Positions 49,775 through 61,153 are shown, numbered from the stretch's first letter. The stretch is 64,000 nucleotides of DNA from Candidatus Lloydbacteria bacterium RIFCSPHIGHO2_02_FULL_50_18 (GCA_001821395.1 MHLM01000012.1:32001-96000); one strand, 5' to 3'. The notes: generated by a model not told the origin, from the letters alone. Translations and numbers: made by a program.

Positions 49775-49937
49775 GGTACGAGTACCTCCTGTTGGTGCAC
49801 CTCCGCGGGGCAGAGATGAGCGCTACTATGAATGAACCACTGCTAGGACAATAGCCGTTTTATCGAGCCGGTGCAAACAGCAGTGATATTGTGTCTCAAG
49901 ACCCTACGACGAATTCTTCGTGAGTTGGAGTCAGTTG

Positions 49938-49995
49938 TGGATAGCTGCCCATAGCTCCCTCAGTCCTGATCTTATACACAGATTATACACAGAGT
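49938..49995. promoter_or_regulatory. DnaA-box-like repeats: tandem TTATACACA (two copies) plus TGTGGATAG
   Basis: CTTATACACAGATTATACACAGAG matches the TTATNCACA consensus twice in tandem. Confidence 0.35.
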
Positions 49996-50058
49996 TTTCC
50001 ACAAGATAAAAAAGTCCGCACATTGTGCGGACTGAAGTGTCGGTTAAAAGACCGTCTT

Positions 50059-51105
50059 CTATTTTGTCTTTCTTGCTTTTGAGACCCCACTCACGCTGCC
50101 CCTCACGAGTGTCGATTGATGGATCGCATCCGCGAACAGCATGTCGATGGGTAGATGCGTCAGCCAAGTCTTGTTGCGCTCGTAGTACAGAGGATCTCTC
50201 GGAAGTGTTTCCGTAACGATCACTTTCATACCACTTTGCGCGAACTTATCCTCGGCGGCGGATATTCCTGTCACCTTATCGAGTTTTGCACTGAAGATCG
50301 GATGTGTCGCCATCAGTGTTACCGTTGCCGCACCTTTATCGAACAACATTTTTCCGGCCTTGAGTGCGGTACCACCCGTATCGATCATGTCTTCACTTAT
50401 CCAAACATGTTTTCCTTCGACACTCGGACCGGTTCCATATGCCATTCCCTCAACTTCGTTGGCTGAGACGCGATCTTTGTCGATGATGCCGAACGGTATC
50501 GGTTCAGGAAGTCCGATCGCCTCCGCAGCGTTCCGCGCAAAGGCACGGACGCGCTTACCTCCTCCGACATCAGCGGCGATCGCAACGATGTCTTTTGCTT
50601 CCGGGTGCTTTGCGAGGAAATACGGGAGAAATATCTTTTCGCCGAAGAGGTTGTCAAACGGTCCCGGAAAGAATCCCTGTATCTGGTCCGCATGCAGGTC
50701 AAGTGCGAATAATCTTCGCACTCCCTGAAAGGCAAGCAGGTTCGCGAGAAGCGCCGCGGTGATTGGTTCGCGCGGTTTCTTGCGGTCTTGGCGGGCATTG
50801 GCAAAGTATGGAAGCACGTTGCTGACCGAGTCGGCATCAGCACGCCGAAGCGCATCGTTCACCTGAAGCAGCTCCCAGATACCCTTATTGATATCCGGAT
50901 AAAATGAGTGAATGAAGTAGACGTGCGTGTTGCGTATCGACTCGGGGATGAATGCCTTGAATTCGCCGTCTGCGAACTCGTCATAGCGAACAGTGAGCAA
51001 TTTTCCGCAATCAACCCCTCGCGCCTTCAATGACTGATGTATTGGTTCGGCGACATAGGCCATTCTCGGCGAGGTGAGGATCGTGATCGCCTTTGTTTTG
51101 GGCAT
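50059..51105 (-). CDS. prs: Ribose-phosphate pyrophosphokinase (PRPP synthetase)
   Basis: DLHADQIQGFF and the PRPP-binding loop IAADVGGGKR. Confidence 0.85.
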   Translation of the reverse strand: MPKTKAITILTSPRMAYVAEPIHQSLKARGVDCGKLLTVRYDEFADGEFKAFIPESIRNTHVYFIHSFYPDINKGIWELLQVNDALRRADADSVSNVLPYFANARQDRKKPREPITAALLANLLAFQGVRRLFALDLHADQIQGFFPGPFDNLFGEKIFLPYFLAKHPEAKDIVAIAADVGGGKRVRAFARNAAEAIGLPEPIPFGIIDKDRVSANEVEGMAYGTGPSVEGKHVWISEDMIDTGGTALKAGKMLFDKGAATVTLMATHPIFSAKLDKVTGISAAEDKFAQSGMKVIVTETLPRDPLYYERNKTWLTHLPIDMLFADAIHQSTLVRGSVSGVSKARKTK

Positions 51106-51224
51106 GAAAACTCCTTATAGAGAATAGTTGAAAGAACTGACGCTGGAACCATAACACGCATCAGCGATTTTGTGAAGTGAAGCCAATTCTTTACGACATC
51201 CTTCTCCTGACGTAGTCTCATCAA

Positions 51225-52100
51225 ATGGCACAAGGGTCATTTCTTTTTTGGGTGCGGCGTCACCCATTCCTGCTGATCATATTATTGCTCGTACTTCTTG
51301 ATATTGTCTTGATATGCGGTCTTTTTGTGCGCGAACACCCGGTCCTACGCGTTTCTTTTCTTGATGTCGGGCAGGGCGATGCCGTGCTCATAGAAGCTCC
51401 GAACGGAAATCAGTTGCTCTACGATGCCGGCCCTCCATCCGGTGCAGCACTTCGCGCTTTGTCACGCGAGATGTCATTTTTGGATCGTTCCATTGATGTC
51501 GTGGTGTTATCACATCCCGACGCGGATCATATCGGCGGTTTTCCTGAAATATTCAAACGTTATCGGGTCGGAGCAGTCATTGAACCTCATGTTTCTTCAG
51601 CAACGGGTGTCTACGATGCAACGGAGAAGGCGATTGAGAATGAGCGTAGCGCTCACTTCGTTGCGAAGAGGGGGATGCAGATTGAACTCGGCGATGGTGT
51701 CGTTCTCGATATTCTTTATCCCGATGCCGATCTCCCCGGCGCCGATACCAACAGCGCTTCTGTCGTGATGCTTCTGCATTATGGTGCAACGGCCTTTCTC
51801 CTTTCCGGCGATCTCCCGCAGAAAGAAGAAGAGCAGATCGCAAGAGCATTTGGCGAACGATTGCATGCGCAAGTGCTCAAGCTCGGGCATCATGGGTCAC
51901 GGACCTCAACAAGTCCGTATTGGCTCGCAGCCATTGACCCTGAAACAGTCATCATTTCCGCCGGTCTGAACAATCGCTATGGGCATCCGCATAAAGAGGT
52001 ACTGGAGCTGCTTGAAAAAATAAGTATCCCGTATCTTACTACCTTTAAAGAAGGAACCGTTTCATACGAAAGCGATGGCGAAACCGTGTCCAGAGACTAG
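51225..52100 (+). CDS. Metallo-beta-lactamase-fold protein of the ComEC-associated type, with an N-terminal TM anchor
   Basis: FLDVGQGDAVLIE, VLSHPDADHIGG and KLGHHGSRTS motifs, the same as the C-terminal domain of full-length ComEC. Confidence 0.75.
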   Translation: MAQGSFLFWVRRHPFLLIILLLVLLDIVLICGLFVREHPVLRVSFLDVGQGDAVLIEAPNGNQLLYDAGPPSGAALRALSREMSFLDRSIDVVVLSHPDADHIGGFPEIFKRYRVGAVIEPHVSSATGVYDATEKAIENERSAHFVAKRGMQIELGDGVVLDILYPDADLPGADTNSASVVMLLHYGATAFLLSGDLPQKEEEQIARAFGERLHAQVLKLGHHGSRTSTSPYWLAAIDPETVIISAGLNNRYGHPHKEVLELLEKISIPYLTTFKEGTVSYESDGETVSRD

Positions 52101-52287
52101 CTTAAAAAATACATAGGGCCACCCTATGTATAAAATATAGGTATATTTTTCAACGTTCTCTTGTGTGCTAGGGGCGTCGCCCGCGCAAATCGGTGAGATG
52201 GAGAGAATGGGGTTGTGCTATTTATTAAACTGTGATATAATATATCCGCGTTTGTTTGTTCTTTAATTTACTTATGGAGGTGCCATC

Positions 52288-53067
52288 ATGGCCCAAACTC
52301 TCGGTTCTCTCAATGCGAGTGTCCGCAAGGTCACTCTGCAGTTTTCAATGTCACATGGAAATCAGGTCCCCCGCTGGGTGACGTGGATCAAGCCCGAATG
52401 TTTCGCTGAGCGTAGCCTGCGCAAGGCAGCCGCTGTTCCTGGAGAACAATTCTTGATCCCGGAAAACGATGCATCGGGTCGTGGTGTCAACGATGTCAGT
52501 TTGATTTATGTCGTCGATGACCTTATTGCTGCCGGTTTCACGCTTGTTGAGGCGATCGCTCAGGAGCGTTCTTCCAACAAGGCCGGTGCCCCGGCTTATG
52601 CGATGGTGCGGTATTCATTCTATCGGAATGAACTTGCCAAACATTCATCGGACTTCCTACAAAATATGGCGAACATTGTTCGTGATCTTCAAGAATTCCT
52701 CGAACTCGCTCTGTGGCGCGTGCGGGGCTTCAGAAATCTGTATTTTCAGGAAGATGGCACAGTGATGGACGGTGCGTATGGCATCTCCGTCAATATGGAG
52801 GCGCGAAACCCGCTCTTTGTCGGAAATGACATGACAAAGCCGCAGGTTCGCTGGCAAAAAGATGCTAACGGCGATCGCGTGGGCGATGCCCCTCTTCCGG
52901 TCGTTCCGGGGTCCTATGTCAGCGTCATCGACAACGAGGTCAGTCTCTGCGTCGAGCAATCAGCCGAGGTTTCCGACGCTGAGATGCTCGATAGTCAGGG
53001 TCGCACATGGTCGCAGGTGCTGCGCGAAGAAGATCAAGTGCGTGAAGCATTGTTTGCACAATCGTAA
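52288..53067 (+). CDS. Hypothetical protein (259 aa), monocistronic
   Basis: TATAAT-containing upstream region, a GGAGG ribosome-binding site and a strong terminator at 53080-53108; no recognizable domain. Confidence 0.55.
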   Translation: MAQTLGSLNASVRKVTLQFSMSHGNQVPRWVTWIKPECFAERSLRKAAAVPGEQFLIPENDASGRGVNDVSLIYVVDDLIAAGFTLVEAIAQERSSNKAGAPAYAMVRYSFYRNELAKHSSDFLQNMANIVRDLQEFLELALWRVRGFRNLYFQEDGTVMDGAYGISVNMEARNPLFVGNDMTKPQVRWQKDANGDRVGDAPLPVVPGSYVSVIDNEVSLCVEQSAEVSDAEMLDSQGRTWSQVLREEDQVREALFAQS

Positions 53068-53079
53068 TTTACGTTACAC

Positions 53080-53108
53080 ACACGCCTCCTTCGGGAGGCG
53101 TTTTTCTT
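53080..53108 (+). terminator. Rho-independent terminator (CGCCTCCTTCGGGAGGCG followed by TTTTT)
   Basis: Perfect hairpin and T-run. Confidence 0.8.
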
Positions 53109-53180
53109 TAACCGAACGATTCCTATTGTTTTAGGTTTTTGCAACAAAAAACATCCGTGAGGATGTTTTTCTACTTTTGT

Positions 53181-53411
53181 CTACTTGGCCTTTAATTCAA
53201 GATGTTTGCTTGCCTTCATGCAGCGCGTGCAGATCTTGATGCGTCCCCCTGAAAGTCCAGATGCGGTCTTCGCGAGCGCGACCCATTGCAGATTCGGATA
53301 TTTACGGCGGTCACCGCTTGGGTTGAACTTGGTCGCACGGATACGGTTCGAATAGCCCCCTGCCATTTTGGAGCCCTTGTCGCAAAGTTTACATACATTT
53401 GATGATGCCAT
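53181..53411 (-). CDS. rpmB: 50S ribosomal protein L28
   Basis: CxxC...GN.VSH.....R.F.PNL...CTRC pattern; about 76 aa from the MASSNV start. Confidence 0.8.
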   Translation of the reverse strand: MASSNVCKLCDKGSKMAGGYSNRIRATKFNPSGDRRKYPNLQWVALAKTASGLSGGRIKICTRCMKASKHLELKAK

Positions 53412-53487
53412 ATGGTTTTTCCCTCCCCGCACATTACTTTCGTGCTTAGAGTTTGGTGACCGCCATGCTATCATGGGAGCTAATCAC

Positions 53488-54108
53488 ATGCAAGACGTCG
53501 ACCTCATCCAGACTATTTTTTCTATAGCGATCCTTATTTTTTCCGTCGTTGCGCACGAAGTGTCTCACGGCTATATGGCTCAATACCTCGGAGATCCAAC
53601 CGCACGGCTGGCGGGTCGACTAACCATGAACCCACTGCGGCATATCGACCCGATAGGGTCAATCTTGGTTCCGCTCATCACACTCTTGATTCCACCCCAT
53701 TTCGTTTTTGGATGGGCGAAGCCGGTACCCTATAATCCATACAATCTCCGTGATCAAAAATGGGGGGATTCCAAGGTCGCACTCGCCGGGCCGCTCACGA
53801 ACCTCGCTATCGCCTTTATTTTTGGACTGTTTATCCGCTTCGGAGGCGACCTCTTTTCCGGATCAATGATAACCATCATGCATCTTATTGTGTATATCAA
53901 TATCCTTCTCGCGGTGTTCAATCTCGTTCCGATCCCGCCGTTTGATGGTTCAAAAGTGGTCTTGAATGCACTACCACTGCGCCGGCGCTATATCGGCGAC
54001 TACTTACAGCGCTATTCGCTCCTACTGCTCGTCATTTTTGCATTTTTCCTTTGGGGGCCATTTTTGCAGCTTATTGATCTGATTTACTCACTATTCGTCG
54101 GTCTTTGA
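53488..54108 (+). CDS. Site-2 protease family (M50) zinc metalloprotease
   Basis: HEVSHG HExxH motif within a TM helix; polytopic membrane protein. Confidence 0.75.
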   Translation: MQDVDLIQTIFSIAILIFSVVAHEVSHGYMAQYLGDPTARLAGRLTMNPLRHIDPIGSILVPLITLLIPPHFVFGWAKPVPYNPYNLRDQKWGDSKVALAGPLTNLAIAFIFGLFIRFGGDLFSGSMITIMHLIVYINILLAVFNLVPIPPFDGSKVVLNALPLRRRYIGDYLQRYSLLLLVIFAFFLWGPFLQLIDLIYSLFVGL

Positions 54109-54250
54109 TCGAATTCGGGCGCTTAAATGCTCGACCTCCTCACGAAAGGTTGCACTTTTCCACCTCTTATAGTAGATTACCGCTACCTAGCCGTACTCCA
54201 TAAGCGCGTGCGATCAGGATCACAAATTTCATTTATCGAATATTTAAGTT

Positions 54251-54667
54251 ATGCCAACGATCAACCAACTCGTAAAAAGCAGCAGAAAGCAGGTCGCCCA
54301 AAAATCGAAGGCGATTGCGATGGGTCGCGGTTTCAACTCGATCCAGAATCGACCGATCTTTTACAATTCCCCGTTTAAGCGTGGTGTTTGTACGAAGGTG
54401 ACGACCATGACTCCCCGCAAGCCGAACTCCGCTATCCGAAAGATCGCACGTGTACGCCTCACGAATGGCATGGAGGTCACTGCCTACATCCCGGGAATCG
54501 GACACAAGCTCCAGGAGCACTCAGTGGTCATCGTGCGCGGCGGCCGCGTGAAGGACCTTGGTCTTCGCTATCATATCGTTCGCGGACGACTCGATGCTAC
54601 CGGTGTGGACAAGCGCCAGCAGGGCCGCTCGTTGTACGGTGCAAAGCGTGCAGAGGTGAAGAAGTAG
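54251..54667 (+). CDS. rpsL: 30S ribosomal protein S12
   Basis: MPTINQLV N-terminus and [16 protein letters not shown] motif; carries an insertion of about 14 aa relative to the typical 124 aa. Confidence 0.95.
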   Translation: MPTINQLVKSSRKQVAQKSKAIAMGRGFNSIQNRPIFYNSPFKRGVCTKVTTMTPRKPNSAIRKIARVRLTNGMEVTAYIPGIGHKLQEHSVVIVRGGRVKDLGLRYHIVRGRLDATGVDKRQQGRSLYGAKRAEVKK

Positions 54668-54751
54668 TAGTATTCAAGTCTTTACAGAAACTAATATCGC
54701 ACTGGAGTACCGACGACTTGCGGGAAAGACCAGTCGAACAAATAAAACAAT

Positions 54752-55222
54752 ATGCGCGGACCAGTAAAGAATCGTAATATCCGAAAGCCGGATGCAAAGT
54801 ATCATTCAGTAGAAGTTTCGACACTCATCAACTACGTGATGTGGGAAGGAAAAAAGACCATCGCAACGACGGTCGTTTATGATGCACTTGAGCTCATCAA
54901 AACTCAGCTAAAAGTAGAGGACCCTATCGAAGTCTACAAGGAAGCACTGCGCAACGCCGGACCGATCATGGAAATTCGTTCACGCCGCGTCGGTGGCGCC
55001 AATTATCAGGTTCCCCGTGAGGTCCGACCCGAGCGCCGCATCTTCCTCGCGCTGCGCTGGATCATCGATGCCGCTCGCTCAAAGAAGGGAGCCGGAATGG
55101 CCAAGAAGCTTGCCGATGAGATCATCTCCGCTTCAAAGAACGAGGGTGAAGCTATCAAGAAACGTGAGAATGTGCACAAGATGGCGGAAGCGAACAAAGC
55201 CTTCGCGCACTTCGCCTGGTAA
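54752..55222 (+). CDS. rpsG: 30S ribosomal protein S7
   Basis: Collinear S7 sequence at the usual position after rpsL. Confidence 0.95.
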   Translation: MRGPVKNRNIRKPDAKYHSVEVSTLINYVMWEGKKTIATTVVYDALELIKTQLKVEDPIEVYKEALRNAGPIMEIRSRRVGGANYQVPREVRPERRIFLALRWIIDAARSKKGAGMAKKLADEIISASKNEGEAIKKRENVHKMAEANKAFAHFAW

Positions 55223-55497
55223 AAATTTTGTAATTCTGGCGCCCTTCGCGCTTGACTTTGAACGCGAGTCCGACGAACGTACTATGAGGAGTACGTCCGC
55301 ACGGACATCGCATTCTTGCCGCGCGCGAATTGCATCCAGAATAACAAAATTTTTCGTATCGGCTGCAAAATGCAGCAAATAAAATTCCCTCGAAAGGGGA
55401 ATTTTAATTTTACTAAATCGCGTTGCGGACGTAGTGTTTTATGTTATGGTGACGGAAGATCGTTCAAATTTAATGGAGGAGTGCGTTATGTCCAAGA

Positions 55498-56075
55498 ATT
55501 CTTGTGTCACCGTCATCTACCCGAAATCAATTCCAGTGAATAATGGAGCGGAGAATTGTTTTCTCCTTGGGCCCTGCACAAACGCGCCGCCATATCACGA
55601 GGATGTTATTGATATTTTTGCCCGACTCGCGAGAGAAGACAAAAAAATGATCTCCTTGCGCATCAATTGCCCGAAGCGAGAAGGGGAGATGGTCCGTGCG
55701 CTTGATGTTGTTGCTCCTCCCGCAGAGATCCATCATACCTATGCCCGTCAGCGGGAATGGGAGTTCGAGACTCAGGAGAGTGCCGCATTTTCTGCCGGTC
55801 TCTTGTTCTGTTTCGTTAAGCAGGGGAATAATGCTGTTCCCGAGAAGGTCTACGGAGCGATCACCCAAGTGGAGTTTGGCTATTGGCTTGCGCGGGCATC
55901 GGTCGATAGGCGCATACGCATCGCGTATTACTCTGATGGGATATACAACCACCAACTCCGCGTGCTCCTCCATGACATTGAGCGTCTTGCACCATGGCTT
56001 CTCCCGATGCATACTTCGTTTGAGTCATTGTGTGCGCAGTCGCTCGCATGGGCCAAGCAAGGCCCCTCAAAATAG
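55498..56075 (+). CDS. Hypothetical protein (192 aa) inside the str operon
   Basis: GGAGGA ribosome-binding site before ATG 55498; terminator at 56093-56117; no recognizable domain. Confidence 0.5.
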
Positions 56076-56092
56076 TCCATCAAGCAAGCAAT

Positions 56093-56117
56093 ACGAACCG
56101 ATCCTCGGTTCGTTTTT
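56093..56117 (+). terminator. Rho-independent terminator (ACGAACCGATCCTCGGTTCG followed by TTTTT)
   Basis: Perfect hairpin and T-run. Confidence 0.75.
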
Positions 56118-56192
56118 CATTGCAATTTGTGATTCTTAGCCATATTTTCCCGCTTTTTTGTCAAGGTTAAACCTTGACATTGATATATAAAG

Positions 56193-56225
56193 AAAAAACC
56201 TCCGATGAGTCGGAGGTATTTTTAC
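56193..56225. terminator. Bidirectional terminator (AAAAAACCTCCGATGAGTCGGAGGTATTTTT)
   Basis: Perfect hairpin flanked by A and T runs, downstream of the minus-strand gene pair. Confidence 0.75.
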
Positions 56226-56434
56226 GTTTGTTTGCTTGGAACTTTTTCTACTCGGTCGCGAGAGTAGTGCCCGTCAAGCCCGGGAATGTCCGTTGAAGTG
56301 CATACGTTGCTTCCATCACAGTGCCGGACAATGTAGATATTGCCGACCGTGAGCGGTAACGTACGCGATGTTTGCCCCGTTGGCTTCGAAAGCAATTTGA
56401 CTCGGTCATTCGAGCGCAGTGTTTGATCAGACAT
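56222..56434 (-). CDS. Hypothetical small protein (70 aa), downstream member of an overlapping gene pair
   Basis: ATG overlaps the stop of the 116-aa gene (CATGTCTGA) and has a GGAGGA ribosome-binding site 9 nt upstream. Confidence 0.5.
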   Translation of the reverse strand: MSDQTLRSNDRVKLLSKPTGQTSRTLPLTVGNIYIVRHCDGSNVCTSTDIPGLDGHYSRDRVEKVPSKQT

Positions 56435-56777
56435 GAGCATCCTCCATAAATAGATCCGTTTCCGGGGTGATCCCAATACTTTTGATGATCTGCCCGTTGT
56501 CACTCCGTTCGTTCAGGGTGAAACATACCGTTGCAGTACTGTATCCCACGTGACACTTGCTCAGTTTTCCGAGTAATTTGCCTTGCGCGTAGGCGCTGAC
56601 TGTTTTACCGGTGAGCGTGCAAAGTGCAGTGAGATATTGGTCGTTGCGTGCATGGCCCAAGGCTACCGCACTTAGCTCTTTTGCCAACGGATGTCCCATT
56701 TTATTGAGTACATTGACGGCATTTCGGTATTGTTCCTCACGGTACTTGTGGAGTACGTAGGGAATGGGGAATTGCAT
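56427..56777 (-). CDS. Hypothetical protein (116 aa), upstream member of an overlapping gene pair
   Basis: Strong ribosome-binding site AAGGAGAGGCAA before the ATG; no recognizable domain. Confidence 0.5.
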   Translation of the reverse strand: MQFPIPYVLHKYREEQYRNAVNVLNKMGHPLAKELSAVALGHARNDQYLTALCTLTGKTVSAYAQGKLLGKLSKCHVGYSTATVCFTLNERSDNGQIIKSIGITPETDLFMEDAHV

Positions 56778-56856
56778 TTGCCTCTCCTTGTTTTGATTTT
56801 GAACTCCTGTGTAAAACTATACATAAGATATTGTTCTTGTAAAGATTCTTTGCAGG

Positions 56857-56885
56857 TTGCTCAAAAGGGGAGTTTTCTATATAGT
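56857..56885 (+). promoter_or_regulatory. Putative sigma70 promoter (TTGCTC, 17-bp spacer, TATAGT) for fusA, followed by a leader hairpin at about 56895-56925
   Basis: Hexamers with a 17-bp spacer; a terminator-like hairpin AACGCCATTAAGTGCCCTTTGTGGCGTTTTT lies in the leader. Confidence 0.4.
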
Positions 56886-56975
56886 AACGCCATTAAGTGC
56901 CCTTTGTGGCGTTTTTGTTTACGCGGCAGTTCGCGTTACGGGGAAGATCATTTATTCGTTTTTTATTCACTTTTT

Positions 56976-59123
<2,148 letters not shown>

Positions 59124-59146
59124 ATATATTTCTCGTAGATAAATAA

Positions 59147-59182
59147 AAGCGATCATTATTTAATGGTCGCTTTTATTTTTGC
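59147..59182 (+). terminator. Rho-independent terminator after fusA
   Basis: AAGCGATCATTATTTAATGGTCGCTT hairpin followed by a T-run. Confidence 0.65.
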
Positions 59183-59194
59183 TATACTATATCC

Positions 59195-59746
59195 ATGTAC
59201 GATGATGAAGATGATGACGACGAAGACGAGGGTGAAATAGGGCTTGATGCAGAAACAGTGCGACGCGAAGAGGCCGAGGTCGTGCAGGGGAAAGCATCCC
59301 GTGCTTTTTATGATGACCTCGCAAAAAAAGAAGATGATCGTCACAATGCGATGCGTCTTGACATGCAACAGCGCGCACTTGCCGCGGGTGAACTCCGTCA
59401 AAAATTACGCAATAAAGAAACCGAGCTGCACGCGCTCCAACTCAAGATCACTATTGAGGAAGACCGTATCGATTATGAAAAAAAGAAAGCGTACCGTCTT
59501 GGAGGAGGTGAATCTATCGCTACGGGAGATGGAGCAACACGATCTGTCCCGATCCCCATACTCTCAAAAGATGTTGACGCTAAGGATGCTGATCAAGAAT
59601 TTTCGGTAGAACACGCTGAAATACACATCAAGCAATTGCAGAGTGAAAAATTGGAGCTTGAAAAGGTGTTGAGCGGAATGAAGGAGCATTTGAATGAAGA
59701 AGAGCGTGCGTTGTCACAACTTCAGCATCAACTCGTTCGCATGTAA
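59195..59746 (+). CDS. Hypothetical acidic coiled-coil protein (183 aa; N-terminal poly-Asp/Glu)
   Basis: Intact ORF with biased composition and predicted coiled coil. Confidence 0.45.
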   Translation: MYDDEDDDDEDEGEIGLDAETVRREEAEVVQGKASRAFYDDLAKKEDDRHNAMRLDMQQRALAAGELRQKLRNKETELHALQLKITIEEDRIDYEKKKAYRLGGGESIATGDGATRSVPIPILSKDVDAKDADQEFSVEHAEIHIKQLQSEKLELEKVLSGMKEHLNEEERALSQLQHQLVRM

Positions 59747-59777
59747 TGGCGTTCTTCTTTTTGTTGCATGATATAAT

Positions 59778-61043
59778 TTGGTCATGCCCGAAGATGAAGC
59801 CAACCAATCCTCAGCCGCATCCGGGAGTCTAGGCGGTCTTCCCGATAGTGTAGCTCCTTCGGCCAGCGTGGAACCAAAAATAATTTCATCACCAGCACCA
59901 ATGGTCTCCTCTGTTGTGTTACCCGTGGCGAATCCTATCGATCCTGCGGCGACAGAGAGTTCCGCAAATAATGAGAAGCATCTGCTACTCATTGCGCATC
60001 TATTGAATCAGGTTCGCATCAAAAAGTCTGAGATAGGTGCTGCTCGCGATAAGATGGGTCAATTGGGGCGCGAGAGCGCGCAATTGCAAACCGAAATGCA
60101 CCATATTGAGCAAGACGTGCGCCGTGTTGAGGGAGAGTTGTACCAGGTCAAGCTTGATGCCAATAAGCAAGAGAGCACGTCAAAAGGAGAGCAGGTTGGC
60201 ATGAACGATAAAGATACGGAACTGAAAAGGCGGAGCGATGGCATCGCGAGGCTCGAGCGAGATATCGATAAATTGAAGCAAGCGATCGCCGAGCGAGAGC
60301 AACGAATAGCTGAGATAAAAACTGAAAATAGTTCACTTGCGAAATCAAAGGAGGACCTCAGGCGAAAGATCGAGCTCGAACTTGCAGGCATCAGGGTCAA
60401 GGCCGAAAAAGCACGCGAGAAGGAAACCGCGATACGGCGCATAAAACAAGATCATGAACGGAAAAAGATGGAGATCTTTCACAAGAAGAGTGCGCCTGTT
60501 GACCGCTTACACTCAGCTCTAGATAACCAGCGGGAGGTTTCCCGACTGGAGTCCGACCTGCGGCATATTGAGCAGGAACTGTCGCGCACAGAGGGCGAGC
60601 TCCGTCTTATCGAAACGAGTGAGCACCAAGAAGAGAATACATCAAGGGTGGATCAGGGTGAGATGCGCAATAGGGATATGGTGATCTATAAAACAGGAGA
60701 TGAGGTTGTTAAGCTCGGCAGAGAGATAGGGCGGCTGAACGTTGAGATTGCCGAGAAGGAAAGTGAGATAGCAAAGCTGGGCGGTGAAGGTCAGGAGTTG
60801 AGAAAGGGAAGAGAGGAGTTACGGCGACGGTATGAACTCGAGCATTTTAGTGCAAACTCAGGATTTACGCTTGCGCATGAGAAAGAGCTTCAGCTCTCTC
60901 GTTTTAAGCAGGGATTTCTTTTGAAGGAGGATAAGATCAAAAAGAACGAACATGCGCAAATACAACTACGCCATGACCTCATCTCCCTTGAGCAAGATCT
61001 GGCAACGGTTGAAGCAGAATTGCGTCATGCTAACAGTGCATAG
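59778..61043 (+). CDS. Hypothetical long coiled-coil protein (421 aa)
   Basis: Heptad-rich sequence with Glu/Arg/Lys/Leu repeats; SMC-like or tropomyosin-like composition. Confidence 0.45.
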   Translation: MVMPEDEANQSSAASGSLGGLPDSVAPSASVEPKIISSPAPMVSSVVLPVANPIDPAATESSANNEKHLLLIAHLLNQVRIKKSEIGAARDKMGQLGRESAQLQTEMHHIEQDVRRVEGELYQVKLDANKQESTSKGEQVGMNDKDTELKRRSDGIARLERDIDKLKQAIAEREQRIAEIKTENSSLAKSKEDLRRKIELELAGIRVKAEKAREKETAIRRIKQDHERKKMEIFHKKSAPVDRLHSALDNQREVSRLESDLRHIEQELSRTEGELRLIETSEHQEENTSRVDQGEMRNRDMVIYKTGDEVVKLGREIGRLNVEIAEKESEIAKLGGEGQELRKGREELRRRYELEHFSANSGFTLAHEKELQLSRFKQGFLLKEDKIKKNEHAQIQLRHDLISLEQDLATVEAELRHANSA

Positions 61044-61153
61044 CTCTTGATGTGTAACACACTCTGCCGTCACGGGAGACGAACTCTTGCGGGGAAATCT
61101 AAGGACAACGTCAGGTGATGATATGGTTGTGCTTCGATAGTTTATTGTTCAGT

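Noticed and set aside
56691-56975. 5' extension of the fusA ORF (810 aa)
   Set aside because: EF-G homology begins at MERDYPLAKVRNFGII (ATG 56976). The extension overlaps the opposite-strand 116-aa gene.
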